Shown here: positions 18,250-27,156 of the stretch, in pieces
Layout: each line of letters opens with the position of its first letter
Position numbering within the stretch: position 1 is the stretch's first letter
Assembly: GCA_963932905.1 (NCBI GenBank)
Contig: CAWVRN010000020.1
Span: 17,332 to 81,331, forward strand
Direction: 5' to 3'
Source of the DNA: an uncultured Bdellovibrio sp.
GTDB lineage: Bacteria > Bdellovibrionota > Bdellovibrionia > Bdellovibrionales > Bdellovibrionaceae
Length of the DNA: 64,000 nt
The notes under the pieces: model-generated
The model's database searches: none
What the model was told of the DNA's origin: nothing
What the model saw: the letters and a program-made list of their open reading frames with translations, nothing else
Position numbers and translations under genes: made by a program

Positions 18250-18942
18250 TTACGAAACTTTCGAATTTGGGTTAGGAGGTAATTGATCCGGGAATACATT
18301 CTGACGAGTCAACTGTGGTAAGTGTGAAGAAGTTAAAACTTCTGTTAATTTACCGCATTTTTCAGTTGTTTGTTCGATTAACTGATTTTGTCTGCCAGAA
18401 AGAACCGAGAAAAATACCATCGCTGGAATCGCAACCACTAGACCTAACAATGTTGCATTCAATGATTCCGCAATACCGCTAGATAATAATTGTTGTTTTA
18501 AAGCGGCGTCGGCTTTAGACACAGCTTTGAACGAGGTAATCAGACCCGAAATTGTACCCAATAAACCGACCATCGTAGCCACGTTGGCTAACATACTTAG
18601 ATAGTGAAGTTTCTTAGTATACAGAGGAATGATTTCACTCATCGCATTGTCATGGGCTTGGAAAATTGTTTCATCATCGCGATCTGCTTTTTCCAAAATG
18701 GTTTTAAACGCCCGCGCCATTGGTTTTTTCTCTAGCTGCGCACTTAATACAAGTGCTTCATCTAATTTTTTAGACACAATCAAAGCATGAATGCGCTGGG
18801 AGAAGTCTTTTACATCCATACCGTAATCAAAGTACAAAACTTTGATACGTTCAGAGATAAAGTACACGGATATGAAGCCTGTCATAACGATCAAGGCTCC
18901 GAAAAAACCTGCTTCTTTTAAAAAGGTAAAAATATTTTCCAT
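18250..18942 (-). CDS. aglR: MotA/TolQ/ExbB proton channel, AglR-like
   Basis: LANVATMVGLLGTISGLI...GIAESLNATLLGLVVAIPA. Confidence 0.85.
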   Translation of the reverse strand: MENIFTFLKEAGFFGALIVMTGFISVYFISERIKVLYFDYGMDVKDFSQRIHALIVSKKLDEALVLSAQLEKKPMARAFKTILEKADRDDETIFQAHDNAMSEIIPLYTKKLHYLSMLANVATMVGLLGTISGLITSFKAVSKADAALKQQLLSSGIAESLNATLLGLVVAIPAMVFFSVLSGRQNQLIEQTTEKCGKLTEVLTSSHLPQLTRQNVFPDQLPPNPNSKVS

Positions 18943-18952
18943 CTCTATACTC

Positions 18953-19561
18953 CTATACTTTTTCCGTAGCGTTTACTTCGTGATAAAGTGCAACTAACTC
19001 TTCGATTTGTTTGGTCGCCCAATCAGGAGCTTCCAAAAAACGAATGGCGTAATTCAATCCTGACTTTACGTTCAGTCGTTGCCTGCTAAAATTCTTTCGG
19101 ACTATTTGAGATAGAACATTAAAGGATTTTACATTAACGTTGTTCTGTGACAGATTTAACATCACTTTTTGTCCGGGTAACAATAACGGATTGTTAATTA
19201 AAACGAGTGCTCCGTTGACACTTAATGAAATAATATGACCATTGAAAAAAAATTCGTCATTATGCCCAGAAATTGGAATAATCACTTCGGCACGATCAGC
19301 GCCACGGCGGCTGAAAGCATGGCTTAATGGATCGTGAGTTTTAATAATTAATGAAAGACGGTCTTTTGAGAACTCTTCGACTTCACCTAATGGTTGCCAT
19401 CCTTCAAGATGTGGGGACCAAACATAATTGTAGTCAAAAAGTTCACCTTTTTGAATCATATTAATCATTGTAGAAAGCTCGAAGGGGCCGTATTTATTTT
19501 CACCCCTTAGTATGTACCACTTTGATTCTTGTTTTTTTAGAGCGTGGGCTTGTTGACTCAT
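18953..19561 (-). CDS. GYF_2 (DUF4339) + PilZ domain protein
   Basis: WYI.......GPF...VW......W..L.EV.EF (GYF_2); RRGADR and SLSVNGA (PilZ). Confidence 0.82.
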   Translation of the reverse strand: MSQQAHALKKQESKWYILRGENKYGPFELSTMINMIQKGELFDYNYVWSPHLEGWQPLGEVEEFSKDRLSLIIKTHDPLSHAFSRRGADRAEVIIPISGHNDEFFFNGHIISLSVNGALVLINNPLLLPGQKVMLNLSQNNVNVKSFNVLSQIVRKNFSRQRLNVKSGLNYAIRFLEAPDWATKQIEELVALYHEVNATEKV

Positions 19562-19609
19562 TTTAAGAAAACTCCTCTTTCTTTTAAGTGACTGCTTTTT
19601 TCTATAAAC

Positions 19610-20758
19610 TTATTTGACTGTGACTGGGTCAAAATTAATATTGATCGACGAATCGGCGGCTGGGATCGCTGAACCGTGGAAGTTCACTGTCCAGTTCGAT
19701 GCCTCATATGTCCAACCGTTACTAGCATCTTGCTGAACAGCTACACCGTTAACAACAACACGAATAGTTTCAGGAATAGGTTCGCGATCTAACTTGAACG
19801 ACGACGTTAAAGCTAGAACTGAATCAGATATTAAACTTAAAGACTGAGCAAAGTTTCCGCACAGTGATGCTTTTGTTCCGCCAGTTTGATCGGCGATTTG
19901 ACCTAAACGTGTTCCCATACGACGTGTGAACGTAGTATTTAAATCATCTAGGCACGCTTGGTCTAAAATAGTGATTGAGTTAACTGAATAGTTTCTAATC
20001 GTAGCAGTTGAATTTGTGTAACTGTCCAACCAGTCAACGTAGCTTTTTACCGAATGAATACGACTATCTGTTAAGTATGAGTTACCAGATAGTGATTCTA
20101 AGGCCGGAGTCATCGCACTGTGGGAGAAATCATCTTCGTCACTTACGATAATAACAGCAAGATAAGCATCAGGGCGACGGAAGCCTGTGTTAGAAGGATT
20201 CGTCAAAGCTGTTTTAAAGCTTAGAAATGCTCGCTCGTCACCGTAGCCTTGTATACCTTGAGCCGCATTTAAATTAAATACGTCGGTGATATTTGCAGTT
20301 AACTTGGAAATAATTGGAATGCCACTATGATACGATGCGGTTGCATTTTTTCCTGGGCCATCACGAAAAACAGAACACTTTTTATTAAATGCAACACAGT
20401 AGGCATTTTTAAATGAACCACCTGTATCTGTTGCGTCTAAATAGGCATCCGTAGAAATGAACGCCATATTGAAATCGTAATTAAGAGTTTGGAATCTTTG
20501 GATAAACGAATTGAAATTAGAGATCACGTTTTGTTGAGATGTTTCCATACTACCAGAGTTATCGATAACCCATAAGATATCGATTTTACGAGCTTGGAAA
20601 GACGATCCTTGTTGAAAGGTAGATTGTTCGGCTAACAATGAAAAGCTATCGTTCGACTTTTGGCATGAAATGCTAAAAAACGACAAAGCTAAACAGATAG
20701 CAAGAACTCGTCTTGAGCTTGAAACACGTGCGAATTTAGTAGTTTGTTCTAAGGTCAT
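19610..20758 (-). CDS. VWA-domain lipoprotein, CglB-like adhesin candidate
   Basis: Lipobox SISC; MIDAS IDILWVIDNSGSM, FRRPDAYLAVIIVSDEDD; start 20758 after GGAGG (track ORF starts at 20836). Confidence 0.85.
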   Translation of the reverse strand: MTLEQTTKFARVSSSRRVLAICLALSFFSISCQKSNDSFSLLAEQSTFQQGSSFQARKIDILWVIDNSGSMETSQQNVISNFNSFIQRFQTLNYDFNMAFISTDAYLDATDTGGSFKNAYCVAFNKKCSVFRDGPGKNATASYHSGIPIISKLTANITDVFNLNAAQGIQGYGDERAFLSFKTALTNPSNTGFRRPDAYLAVIIVSDEDDFSHSAMTPALESLSGNSYLTDSRIHSVKSYVDWLDSYTNSTATIRNYSVNSITILDQACLDDLNTTFTRRMGTRLGQIADQTGGTKASLCGNFAQSLSLISDSVLALTSSFKLDREPIPETIRVVVNGVAVQQDASNGWTYEASNWTVNFHGSAIPAADSSININFDPVTVK

Positions 20759-21111
20759 CTTGACCTCCTCAGCTATAAGTCTAGAGGTTTTAAAACTAAT
20801 AGCGAACGCGAGTCGTAACTGCTGAAATAGACGCATATTTTGACTAAAATTATCATTTTGATTCGCAGTTAACTTGTTGAAATTATTAAGTTTGTATAAA
20901 AATTCATCATGTCGATTTTTTTTCAGTGTCGAAGGTCTAAACAGAATTCGAAAATTACTAAAATAGACTGTACAAAAGTACTCCTATTTTGCCCAACCTA
21001 GGCAGCAATAGGGCCTGCGGTGTTAACGCTCTAGACAGAAAATTTGACTTTTAGAAAGGGCCCGCTACCATTGTGTTTTGAGTAAAAAAAATAGCTTTTA
21101 AAGGAGCCAAT

Positions 21112-21765
21112 ATGAGCAAATTTATTTTATCGAGTTTAGTAGCATTGGGATTAGTATTGTCAGGTTGCCAATCTATGAAAGAAAACCCTAACACAGCAAA
21201 AGGCGCTGGAATTGGTGCCGCGGCTGGTGCGATATTGGGCGGAGTGATCGGTCATCAGACAGGTAAACGTAATGAAGGTGCGTTGATTGGTGCGGCTCTT
21301 GGCGCTGGTATCGGTGGTTACGCTGGTAAACGTATGGATAAGCAAGCTAAAGAATTAGAAAAAGTAGCGGAAACAAAACGCACAGAGCAAGGTTTAGTTT
21401 CGAAAATGAAAAGCGATATTTTGTTTGATACAGGTAAAGCCGAGTTGAAAGCCGAAGCTAAGAAGAATTTGACAGAAATGGCTGCGATCATGAAAAAATA
21501 TCCAGAGAACGTATTAACTGTAAAAGGTTTCACAGATAACACAGGTTCTCAAAAAGTAAATGATGAACTTTCACATAAGCGTGCAGAGGCCGTGAAAGCT
21601 CAGCTGACTGCGGCTGGTATGCCAACAGAAGTTATTTCCACTCAAGGTATGGGTCCTAAGGATCCGATTGCTGATAACGCCACTGCGGATGGTCGCAAAC
21701 AAAATCGTCGTGTAGAAATTGAAGTCACCGTCGATCAATCCAAAGTTCCTGCTGAAACTAAATAG
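21112..21765 (+). CDS. OmpA-family lipoprotein with glycine zipper (YiaD-like)
   Basis: LSGC lipobox; GAGIGAAAGAILGG zipper; LFDTGKAEL, GFTDNTG, LS..RAEAV, NRRVEI. Confidence 0.93.
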   Translation: MSKFILSSLVALGLVLSGCQSMKENPNTAKGAGIGAAAGAILGGVIGHQTGKRNEGALIGAALGAGIGGYAGKRMDKQAKELEKVAETKRTEQGLVSKMKSDILFDTGKAELKAEAKKNLTEMAAIMKKYPENVLTVKGFTDNTGSQKVNDELSHKRAEAVKAQLTAAGMPTEVISTQGMGPKDPIADNATADGRKQNRRVEIEVTVDQSKVPAETK

Positions 21766-21788
21766 TGCATAAGGTTTATTTGGAAATC

Positions 21789-21824
21789 AAAGCCAAGCAT
21801 CGAAAGATGTTTGGCTTTTTTTTT
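21789..21824 (+). terminator. Intrinsic terminator of the OmpA gene
   Basis: AAAGCCAAGCATC-GAAA-GATGTTTGGCTTT followed by T-tract. Confidence 0.85.
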
Positions 21825-22024
21825 GTAGGTCGAATGTAGAGTTCTTTCAAATCAATTTTTCTGAGATGAATTTTGGCATATATGAAATAATGGCCAATCT
21901 TGAATAGAGGTGTCGAAGCGGTTTTACGGAATTATTTCTGAGAAAATTTGGTCAGGAAAGTTCAATGGCGCTGAATGGACAGCGCCAACCAAGGTAGAGG
22001 ATTTGAGGCCGGGAATTCAATGCA

Positions 22025-22348
22025 TTAAGGTTCAAAGGTTGTCGAAAGTGCGCTACTGCTATTTAAATTAACCACTTCACAAGTTCCAGGGTGCAACTCA
22101 ATCTCGCCGATTTCAGCCATGACTCCGCCACCGTCGACGGAAAATTGCATTTTCAAATTTCCTTCGAGTTCTTTATCACCAATAACGACTTTTTGGCCCT
22201 GTGCGCTTGTGACAAAAACCTTATTACCTTGATTTCGTTTATTAAAAAAAGCATTGGCTGCATCTCTTGCCTTTTGCTGTGTGCATTCACCAGCCAAAGC
22301 TGTCGAAGAAATTAACACTAGCCCTAAAATTGCTGTTATTGTTTTCAT
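22025..22348 (-). CDS. Small secreted hypothetical protein (2 Cys)
   Basis: MKTITAILGLVLISSTALA signal peptide; AAGGAG RBS. Confidence 0.75.
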   Translation of the reverse strand: MKTITAILGLVLISSTALAGECTQQKARDAANAFFNKRNQGNKVFVTSAQGQKVVIGDKELEGNLKMQFSVDGGGVMAEIGEIELHPGTCEVVNLNSSSALSTTFEP

Positions 22349-22432
22349 GGGATCTCCTTATAAATTTATTGGTCTAAATTTTATCGAAATACCGGTAAAT
22401 GCTTGGAAGATTTGTGCCAAAATCTGCTTTTA

Positions 22433-23758
22433 CGAATTGAATCATATTAAATGATACCGACGGTGGTAGTTGAATCACGAGGGGCGCACTAAAGCCCTCG
22501 TTGAATCATGGTCAGAGCACACCTAGAATTGTTTTTACGAGAAATAATTTTAGGGGGTCAACTATGAGCAACGAGATTAAACGCATTCTATTGCAAAAAC
22601 TACGGCTGCGCTACCAGAAAGGGTCAAGGAGACAGAAAACTTTAATTCTTGATGAGTTTTGTCAGACCGTCGATCTATCACGTAAGCATGCGATAAGATT
22701 ATTAAATGGAGAGATAAAATCACACCGAAACCATCCAGGCCCTAAATACAAGTACGGGCCAGAGGTGCGTCGTCATGTAGTGATTTTATGGGAATCCTGC
22801 GGAAGGCTGTGCTCAAAGAAAATGGTGTCGGCGATAAAAAGATGGCTGCCTTTTTATGAAGATTGTTCAAATGAAACCAAAATACTTTTGCAGCAGATTT
22901 CTAGCTCAACAGTTGATCGAATTTTACAAGATCACCGGGAGCTTGTGAGAAAGGGAAAATCATTGACGAGCCCCTCCTTAATTAAAAATAAAATACCAAT
23001 TAAGTTACTTGATAGCGGGATTATGGGTCCAGGATTTATCGAAGCCGATACGGTTGCCCACTGCGGGACATCGATGGCGGGAGAGTTTATGAACAGCCTT
23101 ACAATGACCGATATTTTTTCTGGGTGGACAGAAGTAAGAGCTGTGTGGGGAAAAACATCTGAGGCGGTGTTAAGTGCAGTAAAAGCTATAGAGACTAGCC
23201 TTCCATTTAAGATCCAAGGTTTTGCTTCAGATAATGGGAATGAGTTTTTAAACAATGACCTATGGACTTACTTTTATCAAAGACCAGAAAAAGTGAACTT
23301 CGTAAGGCGACGTCCTTACAAGAAGAATGATAACGCTCATGTAGAACAGAAAAACTGGACGCATGTTAGGCAGTTGATTGGATATGACAGACTTGATCAG
23401 CAGTGGGATGTCGAATACATCAATGATATCTACCAGAATTACTGGCTGCCGCTCTGGAGTTACTTTACTCCGGTGATGAAACTTAAAACAAAAACTCGAA
23501 TTGGGGGAAAAATAGTCAAAGTTCATGATGAGCCAAAGACTCCATTTGAAAGGCTTCTTGAAACTCAAAACTTAACTCAGGAAGAAAAGCAAGCCCTGCT
23601 AGCTAAAGCCGAAGGTCTTAATCCATTTGCGCTTAAAGTAGAGCTTGATAAAAAACTAAAGTGGTTCTTCAGAATAGTCGATATACGTAAAAAACAATCT
23701 CTAGCTACAGGCTAATGACCCGCAGCCCCTGAGTATCATTTATCTATGGTTCAATACG
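22433..23758 (+). mobile_element. Insertion sequence with rve-type DDE transposase (ISNCY-like; subgroup uncertain)
   Basis: Left end CGAATTGAATCATATTAAATGATAC vs reverse complement of right end CGTATTGAACCATAGATAAATGATAC; flanking direct repeat TTTA (22429-22432, 23759-23762). Confidence 0.85.
22564..23715 (+). CDS. DDE transposase / integrase core domain
   Basis: RYQK...ILDEFC...RKHAIRLL; EADTVAH (D), SDNGNEF (D), NDNAHVEQKN (E); ATG 22564 (track ORF starts at 22501). Confidence 0.92.
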   Translation: MSNEIKRILLQKLRLRYQKGSRRQKTLILDEFCQTVDLSRKHAIRLLNGEIKSHRNHPGPKYKYGPEVRRHVVILWESCGRLCSKKMVSAIKRWLPFYEDCSNETKILLQQISSSTVDRILQDHRELVRKGKSLTSPSLIKNKIPIKLLDSGIMGPGFIEADTVAHCGTSMAGEFMNSLTMTDIFSGWTEVRAVWGKTSEAVLSAVKAIETSLPFKIQGFASDNGNEFLNNDLWTYFYQRPEKVNFVRRRPYKKNDNAHVEQKNWTHVRQLIGYDRLDQQWDVEYINDIYQNYWLPLWSYFTPVMKLKTKTRIGGKIVKVHDEPKTPFERLLETQNLTQEEKQALLAKAEGLNPFALKVELDKKLKWFFRIVDIRKKQSLATG

Positions 23759-23944
23759 TTTATACGCCGCTTGGCCATCTCTACTTAGCTTTTTGAAGCC
23801 CCGGTATCGGAAAGAACGGCGAAGTTCCAGACCTCGCCCATCGCGGATCGAAGCGCCATTATTTCAATGACTGTCAGACTAAATATAAACTACTTAAAGG
23901 AAGTGTCAGATCGAATTCAAGTTTACACAAGTACTGTTGTCCAG

Positions 23945-24643
23945 CTAAATCATGTCAAAGATGATCATTTCAGAATCGTCTTTGGCTTCGATTTTTGCAG
24001 TGCCGATATCCACCGCAGCGATAGCATCGCCAGTTTCAATTTCCTTTTCATTGATTTTCACTAAACCTTTTACTAACTGGATCCATAATTTTCGATTGTC
24101 GGCTAATTTAAAATCTAGCGTTTCCGATTTTTTCAAACGAGAAATGAAGATATTTGCATCTTGATTGATGCTGATAGATCCATCTCGTCCGTCTTTGGAA
24201 ATCACGTGAACTAACTTTTGATTTTCTAGCTCTTTTTCAAAGGATTTCTGTCCGTAGCCAGGTTTACCTCCACGATGGGCAGGATTGATCCAGATTTGAA
24301 AGAAGTGTGTTTCTTTGTCTGTCTCATTGTTATACTCGGAATGGGCAACGCCGGTACCAGCACTCATCCGCTGTACTTCGCCCGGTTTGATCACCGCCAC
24401 GTTACCCATAGAATCTTTGTGTTGCAATCCACCCGAAATTACATACGAAATGATTTCCATATCGCGATGGGGGTGAGTTCCAAAACCAGTTCCGCCTCGG
24501 ATGCGATCCTCGTTAATCACTCTTAACGGTCCGAAACCCATAAATTCTGGGTCATAGTATTCCGCGAATGAAAACGTATGACGTGATCTCAACCATCCAT
24601 GTTCCGCAATTCCTCTGTCATTCGATTTTCTTACTGCCATCAT
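23945..24643 (-). CDS. Pirin family protein (YhhW-like)
   Basis: HGWLRSRHTFSFAEYYDP, LRVINED, HPHRDMEI, MSAGTG..HSE. Confidence 0.95.
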   Translation of the reverse strand: MMAVRKSNDRGIAEHGWLRSRHTFSFAEYYDPEFMGFGPLRVINEDRIRGGTGFGTHPHRDMEIISYVISGGLQHKDSMGNVAVIKPGEVQRMSAGTGVAHSEYNNETDKETHFFQIWINPAHRGGKPGYGQKSFEKELENQKLVHVISKDGRDGSISINQDANIFISRLKKSETLDFKLADNRKLWIQLVKGLVKINEKEIETGDAIAAVDIGTAKIEAKDDSEMIIFDMI

Positions 24644-24753
24644 AATTATCTCCTGTTTGATGGGTTTAGTATCGTCTAAAACAACTGGACAATAAATTAT
24701 AATCTTTCTATATTCTATATAGATAAGAACTATATAGTTTAACGAGGGCTAAT

Positions 24754-25668
24754 ATGACGATAGATCAATTAGAAACGCTAGAGATGATAGTAGAGAAGGG
24801 CAGCTTTAAGGCTGCTTCTGAACACATGCACAAGAGTCAGCCCAGCTTAAGTGTTGCCATCAAAAAGTTAGAAGAGGAGTTCGACCTAAAGTTATTCAGC
24901 CGGGAAGAGTACCGTCCCAAGCTGACGTCCGAAGGCGTGGTGTTTTACAATTGGGCCAAGCAATGTCTGCATTCTTTTCGCGAATTAAAAACGGTGGGTC
25001 TAGAATTAGGCACGAAGAAGGTCGAACCCTATTTAACAGTCATCTTAGATCCATTGGTCCGTATCAATGTACTCTGCGATATTTTTGATGATATTGTTTC
25101 AGGCAAGCATCCCACTGAAATTACATTTCGGTCTGAAATTATGAGTGGTGGAATCGAATCGTTGCTAAATGGTGACGCCGATTTTGCTATTTCGGCCAAA
25201 GCGGCTGACAATGAATCGATTGAAAGTATCGCATTTGATAAAATTGAATTGATCCCCGTTATTGCAAAATCCATTGCGAAGAAAGTACCAAGCTTAAATT
25301 TGAAATCGCTTAAACAAATTCCACAAATTGTCGTACAGCAACAGACAGAAAAAAATCCCGGTATTTCAAAAGATAGTCGTGGTGTAATTGCCGATACGAA
25401 AAAGTGCTACGTCACGGACCATTCGCTGAAACACAAAATGATAAGTAATGGTTTTGGTTGGGGTCGGTTAGCACGACATGAAGTCGAAAGCGAGCTAAGG
25501 AAAGATATTTTAGTTCAGATCCGTGACGAAAATATCAAGCCATTCGTTTTGGATTTGCAAATTATGCGGTTAAAACAAAAACCGATGGGGCCAGTGGCCC
25601 GTGTTATTTGGAATCAATTAGCAAAAGCAGAAACGGGATCTGCGAAATCCCGATTAAAATCGAAATAA
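24754..25668 (+). CDS. LysR-family regulator divergent from pirin
   Basis: GSFKAASEHMHKSQPSLSVAIKKLEEEFDLKLFSR. Confidence 0.95.
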   Translation: MTIDQLETLEMIVEKGSFKAASEHMHKSQPSLSVAIKKLEEEFDLKLFSREEYRPKLTSEGVVFYNWAKQCLHSFRELKTVGLELGTKKVEPYLTVILDPLVRINVLCDIFDDIVSGKHPTEITFRSEIMSGGIESLLNGDADFAISAKAADNESIESIAFDKIELIPVIAKSIAKKVPSLNLKSLKQIPQIVVQQQTEKNPGISKDSRGVIADTKKCYVTDHSLKHKMISNGFGWGRLARHEVESELRKDILVQIRDENIKPFVLDLQIMRLKQKPMGPVARVIWNQLAKAETGSAKSRLKSK

Positions 25669-25672
25669 GAAA

Positions 25673-27112
25673 TTATTCAGCAACGTCTTTGGCATTAATT
25701 CCATATTTACGCATTTTTCTGAGTAATGTGTTTTTAGGAATGTTGGCGTTAGCTACGGTCTGATTAATGCGACCTTTGTTTTGCTTTAGGGCTTTAACAA
25801 TAAATTCTTTTTCCATTTCCTCTTTGAAGTTATCAAAATCAAGTGGCTTAAAGGTGTCTTCAGCGCCAGCGCCAACAGGCAGGGTGCTGGCTAGAGCACT
25901 GCTAATGACGGAAGAGGCCGGTAGAAGTGACTTCATGCTTTCCGTTAAGGAAGCATTCGTGATTTTATTTCCTGATTCAATGATGAATGCGCGCTCGACA
26001 AAATTTTCTAGTTCGCGAATATTTCCCGGCCATTTGTATTTTTTGAGTAAGGCCAGTGTGCCTGGTTCAACCGATTCAAAATTACGATTTTGTTTGCGAT
26101 TAAATTTCTTAATAAAATAATCCGCTAGTTTGTCTAGATCATCCAGACGTTCTCGTAATGGCGGCATAAAAATAGGCATAACGTTTAATCGATAGAATAA
26201 ATCTTCACGAAATTTACCTTCTTGAATCATTTTCTCCAAATTTCGATTCGTGGCTGCGATAATGCGAACGTTGGTTTTAACTTCGCGAATAGAGCCTACC
26301 GGAGTAAACGCTTTATCTTGAATCGCACGAAGGAGTTTCACTTGCATATCAATTTTTAATTCGCCGATTTCGTCTAGAAATAACGTTCCATTATTTGCAG
26401 CTTGAAATTTTCCGATCTTACGCTCGGTCGCTCCTGTAAATGCACCTTTTTCGTGCCCAAAGAATTCGCTTTCGATTAAATTTTCTGGAATTGCACCGCA
26501 GTTCACAGCAATAAATTGACCTGATTTTTGTAGCGAATTGTGGTGAATCGCCTTCGCAACTAATTCTTTTCCTGTGCCGTTTTCACCACGAATTAAAACC
26601 GTAGTGTCAACTTTGCTTAATTTATAGATCAATTGAAATACTTCACGCATTTGCTGAGAGTTTCCAACAAACTCCGTATCGATATCGTCATCAAAAATGG
26701 GATTCGATGCCGTTAACTCAAGAACCAGTTCGCGAGCACGCAAGCAGCCATCAATGGCTTTAAACAAAGAATCCTTTTGAACTGGTTTCTGGAAATAATC
26801 AAAAGCACCTTCTTTGATCGCTTCCACTGCGTCGGAATAGTTTCCATGTGCGGTCATGATAACCACAAATGTTCGTGGATCATGGGCTTTGATTGCCTTT
26901 AGCGCGGTGATTCCGTCCACTCGAGGCATTTTTACGTCCATCAGAACAAGGTCATAGTGCTGAGCCTTGATTTTATCTATGGCATCTTGGCCATCAATCG
27001 CTTCACTGAAATTAAAAGTTACATCAGGAAACGAAGAGGGCAGAATTTGTTTTAGAGATTCTCGGAGTTCCTGTTCATCATCGACAACAAGTGTTCTTAA
27101 TGTAGTGTTCAT
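25673..27112 (-). CDS. Sigma54-dependent response regulator (NtrC family)
   Basis: REC; GENGTGKE; GAFTGA; FLDEIGE; FREDLFYRL; WPGNIREL; Fis-type HTH. Confidence 0.95.
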   Translation of the reverse strand: MNTTLRTLVVDDEQELRESLKQILPSSFPDVTFNFSEAIDGQDAIDKIKAQHYDLVLMDVKMPRVDGITALKAIKAHDPRTFVVIMTAHGNYSDAVEAIKEGAFDYFQKPVQKDSLFKAIDGCLRARELVLELTASNPIFDDDIDTEFVGNSQQMREVFQLIYKLSKVDTTVLIRGENGTGKELVAKAIHHNSLQKSGQFIAVNCGAIPENLIESEFFGHEKGAFTGATERKIGKFQAANNGTLFLDEIGELKIDMQVKLLRAIQDKAFTPVGSIREVKTNVRIIAATNRNLEKMIQEGKFREDLFYRLNVMPIFMPPLRERLDDLDKLADYFIKKFNRKQNRNFESVEPGTLALLKKYKWPGNIRELENFVERAFIIESGNKITNASLTESMKSLLPASSVISSALASTLPVGAGAEDTFKPLDFDNFKEEMEKEFIVKALKQNKGRINQTVANANIPKNTLLRKMRKYGINAKDVAE

Positions 27113-27156
27113 GGTCCAAAAACTACCATAAAGGCGCTGACTGAAGAAAGGAATTA

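Noticed and set aside
22404..22420. Sigma54-like TTGGCACAAATCTTCCA upstream of the 22025..22348 gene
   Set aside because: Good -24 box, but the -12 position is CC rather than GC, so it was not called.
22437..22508. Mini-CRISPR interpretation of the TTGAATCA repeats
   Set aside because: The repeats are only 8-9 bp, there are no cas genes, and they form part of the IS terminal IR.
23760..23940. Gene interrupted by the IS, or a TGTCAGA repeat-bounded element
   Set aside because: Only a 24-codon ORF and two 7-bp matches; no continuation on the other side of the IS.
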